Of a stretch of DNA of 64,000 bases, positions 48,146-62,178 are shown in pieces. A program made the position numbers and the translations under genes. Position 1 is the stretch's first letter; each line of letters starts with the position of its first letter. This DNA is from Octopus sinensis (lineage: Eukaryota), in contig NC_043001.1 in NCBI RefSeq assembly GCF_006345805.1, positions 125,674,001 through 125,738,000 on the forward strand. The letters run 5' to 3'. The notes under the pieces are model-generated. The model saw nothing but the letters and a program-made list of their open reading frames with translations, did not search any database and was not told where the DNA came from.

Positions 48146-48891
48146 TTGGAGGAACCCCATTTGGCCACTTATATTTGTAATCATACACTTTCAGTCATTA
48201 CCCTAGTTGGACTCATGATTGTAAGATTGTGATTTTGGCTTCTGGACTGGGCAGTACATTGTGTTCTTGAGCAACACACTTCATTTTACGTTGCTCCAGT
48301 CCACTCAGCTGGCAAAAATGAGCAATCCTGCAACAGGCTGGTGTCCTGTCCAGGCAGGGAATATATACGCCATGGAAACCAGGAAACCAGCCCTTATGAG
48401 TTGGCATGGCTCAAGAAGGTAACTTTACCTTTTTTTTTAATCATTACTCAACATTCATGTCCATAGATGAGGATGGGCATGGAAACCAAATCAAAGACAG
48501 AGAGTTTGGCTTTTTTTACCACTTACAATATGTGCTTGTAAATAATGCACACCCACAATTATGGTCAATGGAATCTTGGAAAAAATATCTTTCATGCATA
48601 ATATGCACTGACCTACCTTTAGTAATATGATATATGGGAAAAGGAGTTTAATCAGATGTATAATTGTTGTATAAAATACATTAGAAATTGTTCATGCATC
48701 CTAAACAATTATATAAAGCAAATTCATAGATGACCTTTGAACTTCAATGGTGTAAGCTATAAAAGTACACTGGCTGAAAAATCAACATTGCAGAAATCAC
48801 ACAATCAATTTTTTTACATTAAAAAAAAATGTCTATTACACATGAAAATACAGTAACTGTTTGACCAAGCTTAAAATCTAAATTAACTTAC

Positions 48892-48944
48892 TTATACAGA
48901 TATTCTGTCAGGAAATCTGCACAGTTAAATTTGGTTCTTTTCCT
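48892..48944 (-). CDS. IQCK: IQCK-like coding exon
   Basis: Acceptor ccttttcttcttttag, donor gtaagt. 53 nt, RKRTKFNCADFLTEYLY+AA (IQCK: RKRTKFIACDFLTEWLY). Phase 0 in, phase 2 out. Confidence 0.93.
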
Positions 48945-49117
48945 CTAAAAGAAGAAAAGGAAGAATAAAAGTATTGTATATAAAAAATTAATAACTGTTA
49001 GCAAAACTGTGTTTAAATGTTTTAAGAACTATTAAGAATTTGAATTTTAATCAAGTTGTCGTTCAGGCTCAAGGGAGTGCTGAAAAGATCCTGGTTTGGG
49101 ATAAAAGAAAATACAGG

Positions 49118-49268
49118 AGTATCAGTTAATAATTTTATTCAATGTATTTCCTTCTCAGAGTCACACACTTATTGCAATGGTCCTTCAGTTTTTCTAAGCC
49201 CTGTAAAAGAACTTGGAAGGTTGAATCTGCAACCAGGCCTTCTGCAACACCCTTAAAGCCTGTTTCCT
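49118..49268 (-). mobile_element. Mariner transposase C-terminal remnant
   Basis: LQGLEKLKDHCNKCVTLRRKYIE-stop resembles mariner C-termini (GIxxLxxRWxKCIxxxGxYVE). Confidence 0.5.
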
Positions 49269-50619
49269 TTATTTAAGATAGTAGGGTACGATTTAAGGGA
49301 GATTTAGCAGCTGGTTGAAGAACTCATAGAGGTATTATGTGTCCTGATAATGATAAATATTCATTTATGATAAAAATATGTTCCAAAGACTACCGTGGAT
49401 CTCTAAAGCTTTGTTGTATTTCAAAGACCACAGTAGGTTTCTAAGGCTGCATCGTATTTCTAAGACACACAGCTGGATGCCCTTCCTAACACCAACCACC
49501 TTATAAAGTCAGCTGAATGCTTTTTACATGGCACCAACACCAGTGAGGTCTGTTTTGGCATGTAAAAGCCCTGCCAAAACAGTGAAGCCTGGTGCAGTTT
49601 TCTGCCTAGTCAGCTCCTGTCAAACTATCCAACCCATGCCAGCATGGAAAACAGACATTAAATGATAATGATTATGATGATGATGCTGTCTTAGGTTACA
49701 GCCTGTTTGTAAGCCAGCTTAATATTAAATATAGCAATTTGGCTGTGCGACATTCCAATCCTCACAGCCCCATCTTTTTATAAGAAACACTAAAGCCAAC
49801 TGTCTCAAACCAACTGACTCATAAGGTAGGGGATTGTCCATATTTTCATGGCATTTAGGCTGAGAGTGCAGGACCTCCCATTGATGGGATGCCAGTCTAT
49901 CATAGATTTAACCTCCAGGGGCAATTAGCATTCGTTTTTAGTTGAGTGCAAAGGAACAATATAAAATGAAGTGCTTTGCTCAGAGACACATCACACTGCC
50001 TGACCCAACGATTGAGCCAATGAACTAATGACTGTGATCCTAACACCTTCACATGAAAAACACTGCTCTCAGATATTATCAATCCTTTAGCATTCTGATT
50101 ACTCAGTAAAATGTAATGCTTATTTATTCACATTGTTTTCAATTGATCACACATTATCTCCTGGCTTCAAGATGTCAATAATGTGACTGCTTATTTTTAG
50201 AAAGGCTTGAGAGACTAAATCTGATCAAGTTAAACATAAAACAAAGACAATATTTGAGCCAGATATGGCAGGTTTAAACGCCAATGGGTTGATTGTGCAC
50301 CCATTGTTATATAAAATCCAATCCACTGTTGTTTACATCTATAAAGGTAAAGTTACCTTCTGGAGTCATGCTGACTCATGAGGGCCAGTTTCCCAGTTCC
50401 ATGGCATATAAATTGCCCACCTGTACAGAACACCAGTCCATCACAGGTGTACTCATTTTTGCCAGCTGAATGGACTGGAGTAACATGAAATGAAGTGTTT
50501 TGCTCAAGAATACAACACATTGCCCGGTTCAGGAATCAAAACTATAATCTTAAGATCATGAGTCCAACACCCTAACCACTAAGCCACACACCTCCACTGT
50601 TTACATTTATGGTCTAATG

Positions 50620-50838
50620 CAGTGCTTTTCAAACTTTTTGCTGGAGCGGAACCCCAAGGAAACATTCCACTGGCTCGAGGAACCCCTGTGCAATAATTTA
50701 ATAGTCTTATGCACACATATCTGCACAGGAGAATTAAAAATTACTGCCGATTTTAGCAGTTTTGTAACTTCTTGCAGAACCCCTGGACTCTACTGGCAGA
50801 ACCCTATGGTTCCGCGGAACCCTGGTTGAAAACCACTG
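50620..50838. mobile_element. hAT (Charlie/Buster-type) MITE, 219 bp
   Basis: TIR cagtg(c/g)ttttcaa. 8-bp TSD gtctaatg (central TA) at 50612-50619 and 50839-50846. Confidence 0.92.
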
Positions 50839-52744
50839 GTCTAATGAGACCCACACTATGATGTGATTTGATCATTACAGAATGAAATGCTTATATAGGA
50901 TACAATATACAATGATTATATAGGATACAATATACAATGATTATATTAGTATGTTGTGATATCCATGTGTCTCATTCTATAACACCGATATCAGGAAAAA
51001 AGTGAATATATATTAAACAAGACACTACTTTATTTGAAGAAACATAGACGGTAGAGGTTTGGATATTTGTGATTAGTTGTATGAAACGATATACAATTAG
51101 TTATTTTACGAATGTAGATGAGCTACCAATCAACAGAGCAACAGATGTTATAATGATCATATTAATTATAATGAAATTATTAGAGCGCTACTAATGATCT
51201 ATTAACAATGTTGTCAATGTATCTAATGTCATATGAATTAGACAGGCCAGATTAACAGTGTCCGAGTTTTTATACACTATTAAAAGCTATAAGTTGCTAA
51301 TTTTTCTCTAGACAGAAGATGGATAATCTTTCTCGGATGACTAGAAACTAAGTTCGATTGAGCCCATTTTTTTTCTGCCCACGAAAATATAAAAAAAAAA
51401 AGAAAAACATGGAGTAAACATGTTGTGGTTATTTTTCACAATCAGGCTAAAAATATATTTTTACCAAAAAAAAAAAAAAATGTACACCTTTCATTACATC
51501 ATAAATTATCCAAAAACACAGTAATACATTAATTAATTGATTTATCATGTTGTCAAACCAGTTGAACTATGTCCTATTAGTATACATGTGTCATCATCAT
51601 CATCATCATCATTTTAATGTTCATCCCCCCTTTACCATGCTTGCATGGGGCTGATAGAAATTTTTGAAGCAGATATTCAATGGTTAGATGGCCCTCTTGT
51701 CATCGGCCCTCACCTGCAAGGTAATATTTCATCACGACCAATGTTGGAAGTGGATACCACTTCTATGACAATGACACTCATTTTACAACTAACATGCAAT
51801 GCCAAGGCAAGACTCTAAATACTTATAAACTAATAATATTTCTATGAACAAAAGACAGACAGTGTTTCTCTGATGAAGGTCTAAGAAGAATAAAAACTAG
51901 TCTAGTTGTTTCCACAAAACTTAGTCTTATATCTAATGTTATACAATTCCTTAAGAATGCTGAAAGTGACCCCATAAATCTCAGTCTAAAAACACTCGAG
52001 TATTACATAGGTTTCCACCATTTCAGTTAAGTTACAGCAGGGAGGCACATTACCCTTCTGTTCCTCCTGAGAACAACAAAACAAGTACCAGTAGTCCACT
52101 AATTTAATTCAATTGGCTACATCTCTTTCTCCCTAATAAAAATTGGCCCAGTGCCTAGTCAAAAATCAATCGATATTTAATAACTTCCTGGTAGGTTAGC
52201 AAAATCAATACCAATTCAGGCTATTGTCAGGGAAGATAAAATTAAAAAAATTAAACTGAAAAATAAATAAATGTAAAATAGAAATAAAATAACTGGAATA
52301 TTCTTCTATATTCTTCTCACGTGGTATCGTGGAAAAACAAAAACAAAAAATTGGTGTGAATAATTATTGTGATGTTAATATTTAACTTGTGTGAGGTGGA
52401 GGAGGGATGCTGGAGATGCTGGAGATGATACAGCAAACATTGGTCTAACGCCAAGTCCAAGGAAATCAATACAACTGATGCAATCGCAGTGGAGATAACG
52501 GAGAGAACTGAGTGTCAAACTACATGCATTGCAGTATTTAGTTTTGCCCCGCTGTGTTTCAGGTTCAAACCCTGCTGAGTTTAGGGAGTTAATTTCAGCT
52601 GATTGTAAGCTCCACCCTTTCAGGTACTATAAAAAAATTTGGTCATGTGGAAAATTGAAAGCTGTCAATATCTGATGAGGGCAAATGCAGTAGAGATAGC
52701 TGTGATGACCCATATTAAATGCAATACAGTATTAAATTTATTCT

Positions 52745-52933
52745 TTTACTTGTTTCAGTCACTGAATTGTGACCATGCCAGGGCACCGCCTCGAAGAGGT
52801 TTTTGTTGAATGAATCAATCACAATATTTTTTAAACTTGGTACTTACTCAATCAATCTCTTTTTGCCAAACTGCTAATTTATGGGGAGGTAAACACACCA
52901 ACACTGGTTGTCAAGCAGTGGTGGGGAACAACC

Positions 52934-52974
<41 letters not shown>

Positions 52975-53175
52975 CACACACACATACGCACACATACACA
53001 TATGCACACACACACATACACACACATAACAGGCTTCTTTCAGTTTCCATCTACCAAATCCACTCACAAGGCTTTGGTCATCCTGAGGCTATAGTAGAGA
53101 CACTTGCACAAAGTGCCATACAGTGGGACTGAACCCAGAACCATGTGGTTGGGAAGCAAACTTCTTACTACACAG
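52745..53175 (-). mobile_element. tRNA-derived SINE family B, older copy
   Basis: Reverse complement of the family B body with a (CA)n internal tract. Confidence 0.75.
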
Positions 53176-53984
53176 CTAAGGTGGCTAACTGGCAAAGTCA
53201 TTAGAGTGCATTGTACAAAATACTTGTGGTGTTTATTCTGGGTCTTTGCATTCTGAGTTCAAATCCCACCCCCAGTCTACCTTGTAACTCATCCACTCAG
53301 GGTCAATAAAATAATGTACTCTTCTAAGCTGGTGAGTCTAGTAACATTGTTAAAACATTGGATGGGATGGTTGGTTCACACTACTCCGTAGGGGGAATAG
53401 GGCCGGTTTCCTGGTTTCCCTGGCATATATATATTTCTCCCTGGACAGGATGCTAGTCCATCACCGGATTACTCATTTTTGCCAGCAGAGTGGACTGGAG
53501 CAATGTGAAATGAAGTGTTTTGCTTAAGAACACAATGCATTGGCCTGTCCAGGAATCGAAACCACATTCTTACAATCATGGGCCAAATACCTATTTCTTT
53601 ATCACCCACAAGGGGCTAAACATAGAGGGGGACAAACAAGGACAGACATAGGTATTAAGTCGATTACAGCGACCCCAGTGCGTAACTGGTACTTAATTTA
53701 TCAACCCTGAAAGGATGAAAGGCAACGTCGACCTCGGCGGAATTTGAACTCAGAACGTACTGACCACTAAACCATGCATCTCCACTTTGGATGGGATGCT
53801 TTGTGGTATTTGTTCTGTCTCTTTGAGTTCTGAGTTCAAATCCCACCGTGAACTACTTGGGTGGTAAGCTCAATCCACTACCCAGCTTAACACCTGGACT
53901 TTGGGGACCTTTAACAATGTCCATCTACTCTGTTGCAATTATTCAGGTCAGACCCTGGTTTAAGGATAACTACTCCCTCCCTCC

Positions 53985-54352
53985 CCATCTCTTGCACCCT
54001 TCTTCTCTGTTTCTCTCCCTAACTGCTCTCCCTGCCTTTCTTTCCCTACATCTCTCCCTCTCCTTTTCTTTCTCTCCCTCACTCCCCTCTCTCTCTCTCA
54101 CTTTCTCCCCCTCACTTTCTCTCCCCCTCCTTAGCTTTATCTCTCCCTCCCTCCTTCTCTCTCTCTCTCTTTCTCCCTCCTCTCCCTCTCTTGCCCACTC
54201 TTCCTTTCTTACCCGCTTTCCCTCTCTTCTTACCTTTTTCTTTCCCTACCTCTCTCCCTAACTCCTCTCTATTTCCCCCTCCTCTCTTTCCTTTTCTCCC
54301 TCCCTCTCTCCCCTTCTCTCTCTTGCCCTCTCTCCCGCCTTCCTTCTCTCTT
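53985..54352. repeat. Polypyrimidine (CT-rich) tract
   Basis: ~370 bp made almost entirely of C and T. Confidence 0.9.
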
Positions 54353-56249
54353 TAGAGCCCTGAGAAGGGATACTGTTCTTCCTCAAGGACACTGCTCTTC
54401 CCCCTGACAAAGTAATAAAAACAATCTCCTCACCTACATATTTACGAGTTTAAACTCTGCCAAAGTCAAGATTTGAACTCACGTACCAGAATGACAACCT
54501 TTATCTGTCATTTCAATATATTTTCACTCCAAGGTTAATTGAATCAATTACATGCCTCCTTTCATAAAAAATTTAAAAAATAAAAAAATAAAAAAATAAA
54601 AAAATAAAAAAATAAAAAAATTGGCTCCATGCCTAGTTAAGAGATATCAATAATTAAACTGATACTGTAAATGGCTATAGCATACAGCACCAAGCTAACA
54701 ACTACCAGTTGGGGGGTTAGCTCTACTTTTCGCCCCTCCAGGGGTAAAGTGAAAGAGCTTCAATGAAACAAGTGACAGGAAGTTAATACAAACAAACTGT
54801 TATCTTCTCCTCCCTCTCTACAAAATTTGGCTGAGTGTCTTGTCCAGTGCGATCAATAGTTAATTTGCATGATATGAGCCAATTTAAGGTATCGAAGGTA
54901 TTCATAATGTCATAAATATTTACTTTGCTCCCCGCTAGCTTCCCTTAAAAGAGAAGGGCAATTAGTGAGATAATAATATTTATTACATGCAAGGTACTGT
55001 CATCATCATCATCATCATCATCATCCAGTGTTTTAAATCTGGGTTTCGTCCCCATTAACGGGGGATGGCCAGATCTACCTCAATGCCATATAGCAACCAA
55101 GGTGCAGCCAACCCCAACCTTTGGGCTGGCTGGCTGGCTGGTGCCCATTTTCCTTTGCTATCATGAGGCTTTTTTGGAGCTGGATTTTCTATGGAGAGCA
55201 TGCCCTTGTTTACCCCCAACCTCAGTTTCTAGACATGAATGGTCCCCGAGACTAAGGCCTCTACCGTGATTTTTAAGAAATGTGGTGGAAAACTAGCTCA
55301 GGAAGGCAGAGACGCTACTGCCTGATACCCCTTTTGGAGCCCCCCTACCACTGTGGTTGTAGAAATTTCACAACACCAATATAAGAATGCCTTTTAGTAT
55401 TTAGTTCCACTTTTTAAGGTGGTGAGCTGGTAGAACCAATAGCACACCAGGCAAAATGTTTAACAGCATTTTGTCTGTCCTTATGTTCTGAGTTCAGATT
55501 CCACTGAGGTTGACTTTGCCTTTCATCCTTTCAGGGTCAATAAAAATAAGTACCAGTCAAGCACTGGGGTCAATGTAATTGACTTCCCCAAATCCTTTGA
55601 AATTGCTGGCCTTGTGCCAAAATTTGAAATCAATATTCAGTTCCATTTTAAGGCAGTGAGCTGACAGAATCATTGGCATGTTGGGGAAAATGCTTTGTGG
55701 TGTTTTGTCCATCTTTACATTCTGAGTTCAAATTCCACCATGGTCAACTTTACCTTTCATCCTTTTGGGGTCAATAAAATAAGTACCAGTTGCATATTGG
55801 GGTTGATGTAATCAACTTACCCCTCCCCCAAAACTGCTGGCCTTATGCCAAAATTCATAACCAATATTTAGTTCTGTTTCTCTATATTTGAGTTCAAACA
55901 ACTCATCTCAGATTTTAAACATTAAAAGAAAGAAATAGAACATCCTGTGTTATCCTAGGTTAAACCTTAATGTAATTGATGGGCTAATTACGGTTTTAGA
56001 CTGAAATCCTTTGCAGCTACATATACTCATATGGTGGTGAACTGAGAGAATCATTAGCATGCCAGGCTAAATGCTTAGTGGCATTTCATCCATCTTTACA
56101 TTCTGAGTTCAAATTCCGCTGAGGTCGGTTTTGCCTTTCATCATTTCAGGATCAATAAAATAAGAACCAGCTGAGCCCTAGGGTCAATGTAAGTGACTTA
56201 CCCATCTCCCATGACTACTGGCCTTGTGCCAAGAATTGAAATCAATTAC

Positions 56250-56267
<18 letters not shown>

Positions 56268-56282
<15 letters not shown>

Positions 56283-56301
56283 CGGACAGACGGATGGATG
56301 G

Positions 56302-56337
<36 letters not shown>

Positions 56338-56348
56338 ATGGATAGACT

Positions 56349-56382
<34 letters not shown>

Positions 56383-56525
56383 CGGACGGGTGGATGGATG
56401 GATGGATGGACGGACGGATGGACGGATGGATGGATGGATGGATAGACTGATAGATAGATAGATAGATAGATAGATACATACATACATACATACATACATA
56501 CATACATACATACATACATACATTC
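56268..56525. repeat. Compound GATA/GGAT/CATA tetranucleotide microsatellite
   Basis: Alternating blocks are directly visible. Confidence 0.92.
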
Positions 56526-56714
56526 ATATATAGGTGCAGACATAGAGGTTAAAAAGCTCATTTCCCAATCACATGGTTTCAGGTTCAGTCCCACTGCATG
56601 GCAACTTGGACGTGTGTCTTCTACAACAGCCTCATATTGACCAAAGCTTTGTGAGTGGATTTGGTAGACAGACAGAATGGAGTCAGGTGTGTGGGTGTTT
56701 GAGTGTGTGTTGAG

Positions 56715-56747
<33 letters not shown>

Positions 56748-57692
56748 TGTTGAGTAGTGTGTTAGCATGCTTGACACATTACTCGAGACTTTTAGGCTAG
56801 CTAACTGGTTCCACATTAGACTCCTGTCTCACACTCTGTGAATTCAAACATCACATCAGACGGTAGGTTGAAGTGCAGATTCTGTGTCACATCACATGAG
56901 AAGAAATGCAGAAAATGTTGTTGGTATTCTAATGCTTCAGTAAGCCAGTAGCTCATTTTCTTAGTATTTTGGCATGAGGAAATGAGTCACCAGTCTATCA
57001 AAACATTTGCATATTACAGCATAAAAATAGACATAATATTTTCTGCATTTACATATATAATAGCAAAAAAAACTTTAATGTATAACCATGTCTAGTCATT
57101 AATTTCATGCTAAAAGCCATTTCACCTCATTCAAAATATAAATTTAAAAAGTGTTTATGGATCATCATCATCATCATCGCTGCCACCACCACCACCACCA
57201 CCACTACCATCACCACCACCATTACCACCACCACCACCATCACCACCATCGTCGTCATTATTTAGTATCCATTTCCTATGCTGGCATGGGTTAGGCACTA
57301 TGACTGGAACTTGTAAGCCAGCCAGCTCTACCAGGCTTCAGTCTGTTTTCGCTCAGTTTCTACAGCTGGATTCCCTTCCTAACACCAACCACTTTACAGA
57401 CTGTAGTGTTTGCCCTTTATGTATCACTGGCATGGATGCCTTTTGATGCATCACTATCACTGGCCACAACCACGATTTCACTTGACTTGATGTATCTTCT
57501 CAAGCTCAGAAAATCACCAATGGTCTCAGTCACTTGTCATTGCCACCGTTTGACCCAACATCCAAAGATCATACTTCACCCCCTCATCCCATGTCTTCCT
57601 GGGTTTACCTCATCCACAGGTCCCTTCCACAGTTAAAGATTGGCACTTCTTTACGCTGCTGTCCTCATCCATATGCGTCACATGACCATACC

Positions 57693-58110
57693 TATTTCTT
57701 TACTACCCACAAGGGGCTAAACATAGAGGGGACAAACAAGGACAAACAAATGGATTAAGTCGATTATATCGACCCCAGTGCGTAACTGGTACTTAATTTA
57801 TTGACCCCGAAAGGATGAAAGGCAAAGTCGACCTCGGTGGAATTTGAACTCAGAATGTAACGACAGACGAAATACCTATTTCTTTACTACCCACAAGGGG
57901 CTAAACACAGAGGGGAGAAACAAGGACAGACAAACGGATTAAGTCGATTATATCAACCCCAGTGCGTAACTGGTACTTAATTTATCGACCCCCGAAAGGA
58001 TGAAAGGCAAAGTCGACCTCGGCGGAATTTGAACTCAGAACATAGTGGCAGACGAAATACCGCTAAGCATTTCGCCCGGCATGCTAACGTTTCTGCCAGC
58101 TCGCCGCCTT
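57693..58110 (-). mobile_element. SINE family A (head + two bodies) inserted in an RTE remnant, 15-bp TSD
   Basis: TSD tcacatgaccatacc at 57678-57692 and 58111-58125. Confidence 0.9.
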
Positions 58111-58215
58111 TCACATGACCATACCAGTGCAGTCTTCTCTCTTGCATGCTACATCTGATGCCTCTTACATCCAATTTTTCTCTCAAGACACTTAAAAAGA
58201 AGACAGATAACATAC

Positions 58216-58313
58216 CACAAAGCAGTTTTCTATTTTGGCCTGTCTCAAAACTTCTGTCAACGCAGGAACCAACAGTGGGAATATATAATACTGCAGATAA
58301 TCACTTGGTTCAC
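58216..58313 (-). CDS. IQCK: IQCK-like coding exon (first found; starts in phase 1)
   Basis: Acceptor ttatcatgcttacag, donor gtatgt. Reads [x]GT-EPSDYLQYYIFPLLVPALTEVLRQAKIENCFV, resembling the IQCK segment CSPKEYLETFIFPVLLPGMASLLHQAKKEKCFE (recalled). Ends in phase 0, matching the next exon. Confidence 0.9.
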
Positions 58314-58417
58314 CTGTAAGCATGATAAAAACAAAAACAGTCGTGGTTCAAGAAAAATAAAATAAATATCAAAACATCACAATAGCCGGGAGCTTAAGAT
58401 GCTGGATTATAGATACA

Positions 58418-59097
58418 TCTCTCTATATATAAACGGCAGTTTGTCTGTCTGTGTGTCTGTGTGTCTGTCAGGTTGTACCCTCACCCTGACCACGGCTTTC
58501 AACCGACTCTGATGAAACTTGATACACACATAGCCCAATGTCATAATTCAAAACTAACGCAGCAAAAATTTTGAAAAGTTCCCCCAGTTCTGAAAAAATG
58601 TATAAAAATGTACAAAAACGGCAAAAAAGCGGGCAGCAATGTGAGTGACAACAACGAAAAAGTCAAAAGTGACCAAACTGAACAAACGAATGGAAAAGGT
58701 TTTTTGGTGCACACGACAAAAGCGGTTTATAATAAACCAAGAGTTTGCAAGTAGCGTCCGAGGACCCTTAGGGTACGTAAAAAATTTAAGGTAAAACGTT
58801 TGGGGTGGTAGTTATAAAGAAAGTTTAAACAAAAAAGTATTCGAATAACTTGCGGCTGCAGCAGCTATTAGCAGAAGTGGCGGTGTTGGGGGTAAAGTCT
58901 CGAATGTAATTTCTTCCTGGTAGGAATTGGTTGGGTTGAATTATCGATAGCTGTTTGATAGTTATTTGGGAGTGAAGAGAAGACATTGCAACCTACACAT
59001 GCGCCTTCGTTCCCTAGAGGGAAAGGACTAGATTGGGATTAGTCGTTGCCTACTAGGGGCTCTTACATACCCAGGCAACGCCAGGCTATGCTGCTAG
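58418..59097 (+). mobile_element. Non-autonomous Helitron (~680 bp)
   Basis: 5' A|TCTCTCTATATATAAACGG; 3' hairpin cccaggcaacgccagg followed by CTAG|T. Confidence 0.82.
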
Positions 59098-59689
59098 TAA
59101 CTTATAAGTTGCTGTTTCTATTGAATCTCATTACGAACAATCCTTGTGCACTTAATGTCTATCACTTTCTCTGACTTCCATTACATTTACCTCTGTCATC
59201 TTATTGCTCCTATCACTTTAGTTCTCTTTCATTACTCCCCACTCTCTCTCTCTCTCTTGTTGTTATTGTTGTTGTTGTTAAGTTCCTGGTCAACCCTGAT
59301 TGAGAAGAGCATACCTAAGAGGAAAGGTATAAAGCATTACAAGAGTCACCACTCCTTTTTATGGTTATGTAGGGCTACATTATCATGTGTACTCCATTCT
59401 TTATGTCAAATGGTGATAGAGTGTGATTTAGGGAAAAATTTGCCTGCTATTTCTAGCAGACTGAGTGAGCTTGTAAAGTATCCTTTATTGGCTCAATATT
59501 GACTTAAGTTTAAAAGCTTGCTGTCACAGTCATTCTAGTTTTACCATGAGATTATATAAATAAATATCATTTGTTCAGACTATATGAATACCACAAGTTC
59601 CACTCCTATTTATCAGCTGAATAGTTATAAGGGCTGCCTATAAAATTAACCAATTCTTTATTATTATACTTTCTTTCTTTTTACTTATT

Positions 59690-60330
59690 AGCTTAGGGGA
59701 AGAGGCAATACCCAAGATCTTTACATGTGCTCTGAAACCAATGAGTTTGATATTATTAATGTTCCGTTTAAACTGTTGCATGTCAACACTTACAGGAAAG
59801 ACCAGCAAGGAGGAAATTCCAAAGAACTGGTGTTCTGGGAGGAAAGGACTGAACATAGTGATTTGTGCGCAACCAGGGGTGTTGGACACAGAAGGGGTGA
59901 TGAGAGGTGAAGAGTTAAGTTAGTCAGGGGTGCATGAGTTGTTAAGTACAATACCAGCCATCTCCAAGAAACAGAGACCATTATAGTAGCAATAGAAAAG
60001 ACAGTGTGCATGTAGGTTAGAGACAGGAGTGCCTCTGTTGGTGATAAATAGCCATTATTGGGATGCAGTCAAGAATGTCTGTGTGCAAAGCAGCAAGCAT
60101 CATTTTAGATATGGGAGTTATATTCCAACGTGAGCCTGACTGGGGTTTTGCAAAGTACCAAAAGCTGAACTGCTGAGATATTTTCTGGTGTTAAAGAGAA
60201 GGGCCAGACTTTGGAATGCAGTTCCAGTTATGATAAAGATGTACTTCCATCAGGAGAAATTCTCAGTGATAATGAGGCCCAGCATTTGGAGTATGAGTAG
60301 CATTGGAGTTTTTTTCCTTTTTTGCTGTTA
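59690..60330 (-). mobile_element. L2/CR1-group LINE RT C-terminal remnant
   Basis: Broken reading LLVLCKT.VRLTLEYNSHI...LFYCYYNG...VFPVSVDMQQFKRNIN. Confidence 0.6.
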
Positions 60331-60494
60331 TAGGTACAAATGTGGTGGTGTGGTAAGAAGCTTGCTTCTCAACCACATAGTTTTGGGTTCAGTCCCTCCT
60401 CACAGAACCTTGAACATGTGTCTTCTAATATGACCTTGATCCAACTGAGTGGACTTGGTAAATGGAAAGTAAAAGAAGCCTATCATATATATAT

Positions 60495-60532
<38 letters not shown>

Positions 60533-60677
60533 GTTGCCTCGGTGGTCTTGTGGGTAAAGACATGTGTGGCAATGAGAAAGCCAGGGTGGGGTTCAATCCT
60601 ACTCATGGCTTGTATTAAGGGGGTCTTACAAAACGGCGGTGCATCAGCATGGCCGCAGCTCTGAGCTGAAACTAGAA

Positions 60678-60725
<48 letters not shown>

Positions 60726-60839
60726 ATAAAAGTAGATAAATGGTACAACAAGGCACCAATATTTACTGGAAAATAGCAATCGTAATAAATACGACAATAT
60801 TGTATAGCTTCACTGCGTATATACTAGCAAAGATGCGTG

Positions 60840-60872
60840 TCTCTTTGTCTTTCTCTCTATATATATATGTAT

Positions 60873-60904
<32 letters not shown>

Positions 60905-61036
60905 ACACACTCACGCACAACACACACACATGTGAATATATGCATATCGTCATCATAATCATCATCATTTAATGTCTGCCTTCCATGCTTACATGGGTTG
61001 CATATATATATACATATACATATATATATATTATAT

Positions 61037-61068
<32 letters not shown>

Positions 61069-61320
61069 CAAATATATATACACATATATGTATGCATGTG
61101 TATAGATAGATATAATACACACCAAACACACACACACACACACACACACATTTATGCATACACACGCACATATATACCTATATGTATGTATATAGTATAT
61201 GTGTGTGTGTGTATATATATATATGCAACCCATGTAAGCATGGAAGGCGGACATTAAATGATGATCATCATGATGATGATATGCATATATTCACATGTAT
61301 GTGTGTGTGTGTGTGTGTAT

Positions 61321-61417
<97 letters not shown>

Positions 61418-61430
61418 AAGACAAAGAAGC
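60840..61430. repeat. Inverted duplication (~180-220-bp arms) of microsatellite plus RTE tail
   Basis: atgtgaatatatgcatatc...catgggttgcatata (60930-61010) is inverted at 61210-61296. The flanking tctctttgtctttctctc is also mirrored. Confidence 0.8.
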
Positions 61431-62178
61431 AGAAAGATATCGAGAAAGAGAGCTATGTGTGTGTGTACATTTGCACTTGCTTTTGTCCACCTCCTCCAGC
61501 ATGACAACCAGTGTTGGCTTGTTTCTCTACCTGTAACTTAGCAGTTCGGCAAAAGAGTCCAACAGAACAAGTACCAGGCTCAATAAGTAACAACTGGGGG
61601 CGATTTGTTTAACCAAACCTTCAAGCTGATGACGCCCAGCATGGCCATAGTCTAATGACAGAAACATTTAAAAAAATAAAATAAGCAAATAAAATCATAT
61701 ACTTAAATGCTCTTTTAAGAGAAAATGAATTAATGAAAGCCATATGGTAAAAATTTAATCAATGTCTTTATTTATATATGCCATAATCCTGACATTAAGA
61801 ATTCGAATTCATTTTGAATTTCAAATATACAAACTTATCCATATTAATGAAATAAAAATGTAACATTCTGAATATTATTTTCCTCTTTAATCAGCGTTGT
61901 AGAAGCATTTATCAAAGATCTCTACACAACATTATGGAACATATCAAGAATTTTCAAAAACACCTACGCTATTGAAAGAAAATGAATGTTAAATCTAACT
62001 CCTACGAATTTCACGAAGGAAAATCACAAAAAAAAATAAATTTTTTTTTTCATTTCTCAGGGGGAAGAACTCAGGTATGACTAATAGTTTTTGTAAGGAC
62101 TGCACAGAAAATCACGTTATATATATATATAATACATTTCTAAATCTCTCAGAGAGAGTTATGCAGAAGTGATACGAT

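Noticed and set aside
59592-59637. Candidate upstream IQCK exon (AALITIQLINRSGTC+G; ag/gt, phase-compatible)
   Set aside because: Weak donor (gtattc) and no convincing similarity to IQCK. A split T|GT (Cys) codon is expected rather than G|GT. Needs RNA-seq.
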